Below the pieces are notes generated by a model. The model was given only the letters and a program-made list of their open reading frames with translations, did no database searches and was not told the DNA's origin. A DNA stretch of 27,316 nucleotides. Source: an uncultured Acidobacteriota bacterium. Its GTDB lineage: Bacteria; Acidobacteriota; Vicinamibacteria; Vicinamibacterales; UBA8438. The stretch is taken from NCBI GenBank assembly GCA_913043805.1, contig CAJWMX010000001.1, positions 1 to 27,316 on the forward strand, written 5' to 3'. Both the position numbers and the translations under genes were made by a program. Of this stretch, positions 25,396-27,316 are shown in pieces (the first letter of the stretch is position 1; each line of letters begins with the position of its first letter).

Positions 25396-26757
25396 AGGTC
25401 CAGCGGTCTTCAACTGGTGCCAGGCGCCGAGTCCGGGATCTCGAAGGACACCGAAGATGCGTTCGTGGTCGTCCCACATCTGGGTGGCGGTGACATCGAT
25501 GCCCGCAAGGTCGCAGTAAACAAGCGCGAACGCCACGGCATACTGCGCGGGCAGTCGGTCGTCACCCACATCGTCGGCGATGTCGTCGTAGGTCGGATCC
25601 AGTTCGGCGATCCAGGCGGCGGCCTGCTCGAGACCGTGCGCCCGAGGCATGTAGAGCAGCGGCGAATCGGCCACCTGGTAGGTGCCCACCTGCATGGCGT
25701 ACATCAAGCCGCCCAGCTCTGGGTTCCGCCCCGGCGGTACCGGCACCAAGGTGTCGTCGGCGCCGGCCGGGGCGAGATCCCGCTGACGCCCCACGGCACG
25801 CAGTTGCCAGGTGCGCGGCTCGTCGTCGAACAACCGGACCCAGCCGTCACGGCGGGCGACCATGTCCCGATGGCCCTCGGGAGCAACAAACGACATCCCG
25901 ACCGGCGAGGTCACGACCAGACGGGCGCCGCTCAGGTTCCGGATGTTGATGGTGACGCTGGAGTCGTCGCGGCCGCGCACCTCGGCCTCCACCAACCCCC
26001 GCGCCATCGCGTCGAACAGATCGACGCTTTGCGCGCGCGCTCCGGGCACGGTGGCGTCGTCGGCCCCGGTCAGAATGAACAGATGCTGACCGGGCAGAAA
26101 CTCATGCAGATCGACCAGGGCAAAGCCGGCGGGCAGCCATTCGTCCAGCACCTGTCGGACCGACATCGCATGGTCCGCCTTGAGGTGGTCGCCGGTGCCG
26201 TCCTCGACCCGATACTCGAGGAGCGCCACCCGCCCCCCCGTGGCGAGCGACGCTCGCATCCCGGCCAGCATCGCCTGGTAGTCCGACATCTCGTGGTAGA
26301 CGTCGGCCAGGATGATCCAGTCCACTTCACCCGCGGGCAACTTCGGGTCGTCGGGCGTGCTGAGCACCGGCACGACGCCCTCCACTCCCTCCTGGGCCGC
26401 CAGGTCCCGCATGATGTCCAGCATCTCCCGCTGGATGTCGACGCAGTAGACGCGGCCACCCGGCGCCACCTGTGGCGCCATCCGTCGAGCGTAGTAACCG
26501 GAGCCGCACCCGATGTCGGCGACCACGTCACCCGGCTCGAGGCCCATGGTGGCGAGCACCTCCTCGGGCCGCTCCTCGGCCACCCGCTCCGCCCGCTCGA
26601 GCCATTGAGCTCCTCGGAAGCTCATGTAGTCCGCAGGTACCCGATGACGCTCGGTCCGGTCGGGCTCGCTCACCTGCGCCTGGGTCAGCACGGGGGTCAG
26701 CAGCCCGACGACGAGCGACAGCGCGATCCAGCCCGGCAGCGTTCTGGGGTCGGTCAT
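25393..26757 (-). CDS. Class I SAM-dependent methyltransferase with signal peptide and ~200-aa C-terminal domain of unknown function
   Basis: 'GAQWLERAER...EERPEEVL', motif I 'VADIGCGSGYY', 'VYCVDIQREML', 'ADVYHE', 'GGRVALLEYR'; hydrophobic N-terminus ending 'TQA'; SD GGAGAGG. Confidence 0.88.
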   Translation of the reverse strand: MTDPRTLPGWIALSLVVGLLTPVLTQAQVSEPDRTERHRVPADYMSFRGAQWLERAERVAEERPEEVLATMGLEPGDVVADIGCGSGYYARRMAPQVAPGGRVYCVDIQREMLDIMRDLAAQEGVEGVVPVLSTPDDPKLPAGEVDWIILADVYHEMSDYQAMLAGMRASLATGGRVALLEYRVEDGTGDHLKADHAMSVRQVLDEWLPAGFALVDLHEFLPGQHLFILTGADDATVPGARAQSVDLFDAMARGLVEAEVRGRDDSSVTINIRNLSGARLVVTSPVGMSFVAPEGHRDMVARRDGWVRLFDDEPRTWQLRAVGRQRDLAPAGADDTLVPVPPGRNPELGGLMYAMQVGTYQVADSPLLYMPRAHGLEQAAAWIAELDPTYDDIADDVGDDRLPAQYAVAFALVYCDLAGIDVTATQMWDDHERIFGVLRDPGLGAWHQLKTAGP

Positions 26758-26825
26758 GGTGGCGATATCCTCTCCGCTGGTCTCCCCAGCATAAACTTAC
26801 CACCGTCTGATACGCTGCCGAGTGG

Positions 26826-27316
26826 ATGGGGGACGACACACCAGCGACGGCCCGCGAGCGGTTTTTGTCCGCCTACCCGACCTACGTCGAGACCGCCTCG
26901 TTCGACGAGGTACGGACGCGTGAGTTCGCGCGGCTCGACGAGGCTGGCGTTGTGTATCTCGACTACACCGGCGGAGGGCTCTATCCGTCATCGGTCGTCA
27001 CCGCCCACGCCGAGTTCCTCAACCATCACGTGCTCGGCAATCCCCACTCGGCGAACCGCCCGTCGGCGCTCGCCGGCGAGCGGATCGAGCAATGCCGCGC
27101 GCACGTCCTCCGCTACTTCAACGCCGACCCCGCGGAGTACGCCGTGGTGTTCACCGCCAACGCCAGCCACGCCCTCAAGCTGGTCGGCGAAGCCTATCCG
27201 TTCGCGCCGGGCGACCAACTCCTGCTGACGTTCGACAACCACAACTCGGTCAACGGCATCCGGGAGTTCGACCGGGCGCATGGCGCCGAAACCGCCTATG
27301 TGCCTGTCGTGCCACC
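26826..27316 (+). CDS. Class V PLP-dependent enzyme, molybdenum cofactor sulfurase (MOCOS/ABA3)-like; partial, runs off the window end
   Basis: Absent from the ORF track. Manual translation from ATG 26826: MGDDTPATARERFLSAYPTY...REFARLDEAGVVYLDYTGGGLYP...LGNPHSANRPS...VLRYFNADPAEYAVVFTANASHALKLVGEAYPF...LLTFDNHNSVNGIREF. Confidence 0.88.
   Translation, partial: MGDDTPATARERFLSAYPTYVETASFDEVRTREFARLDEAGVVYLDYTGGGLYPSSVVTAHAEFLNHHVLGNPHSANRPSALAGERIEQCRAHVLRYFNADPAEYAVVFTANASHALKLVGEAYPFAPGDQLLLTFDNHNSVNGIREFDRAHGAETAYVPVVP

Noticed and set aside
25276-27228. 650-aa plus-strand ORF and similar long shadow ORFs (e.g. 9009-10094, 4558-5439, 6276-7460)
   Set aside because: They lie antisense to or out of frame with genes that have clear family motifs; stop-codon scarcity in high-GC DNA explains their length.

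Overview
High-GC bacterial chromosomal window with no rRNA, tRNA, CRISPR array or transposase that I can see. The ADOP-type permease, kinase/TPR fragments and many exported propeller and hydrolase proteins suggest Acidobacteriota or Gemmatimonadota (inference only). It opens with the distal part of a Bat/MoxR-associated operon (batA-batE). Next come a TfoX-N protein, uridine kinase and a class I/II aminotransferase. A run of largely exported or lipoprotein genes follows: serine hydrolase, two beta-propellers, M16 peptidase, FKBP PPIase, M1 aminopeptidase, MBL hydrolase and HtrA. The rest comprises a DedA protein, a small charged protein, thioredoxin, a DUF2306-like membrane protein, an exported SAM-methyltransferase and a partial Moco-sulfurase-like class V PLP enzyme. 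The non-routine signals are: (1) a ~160-bp MITE-like element whose two termini coincide with the stop-codon positions of two convergent genes, one apparently mutated TAG>GAG so that the gene reads into the element; (2) about six broken or chimeric gene remnants in ~16 kb; (3) an 18-bp palindromic bidirectional promoter core and several apparent leaderless genes; (4) a 14-codon bridging mini-ORF between batA and batB. I found no clearly new multi-gene system. The best candidates are the coupled CxCC-propeller/PQQ-like propeller pair opposite the M16 peptidase, and the exported two-domain methyltransferase. All family assignments are from motif recognition, not database searches.
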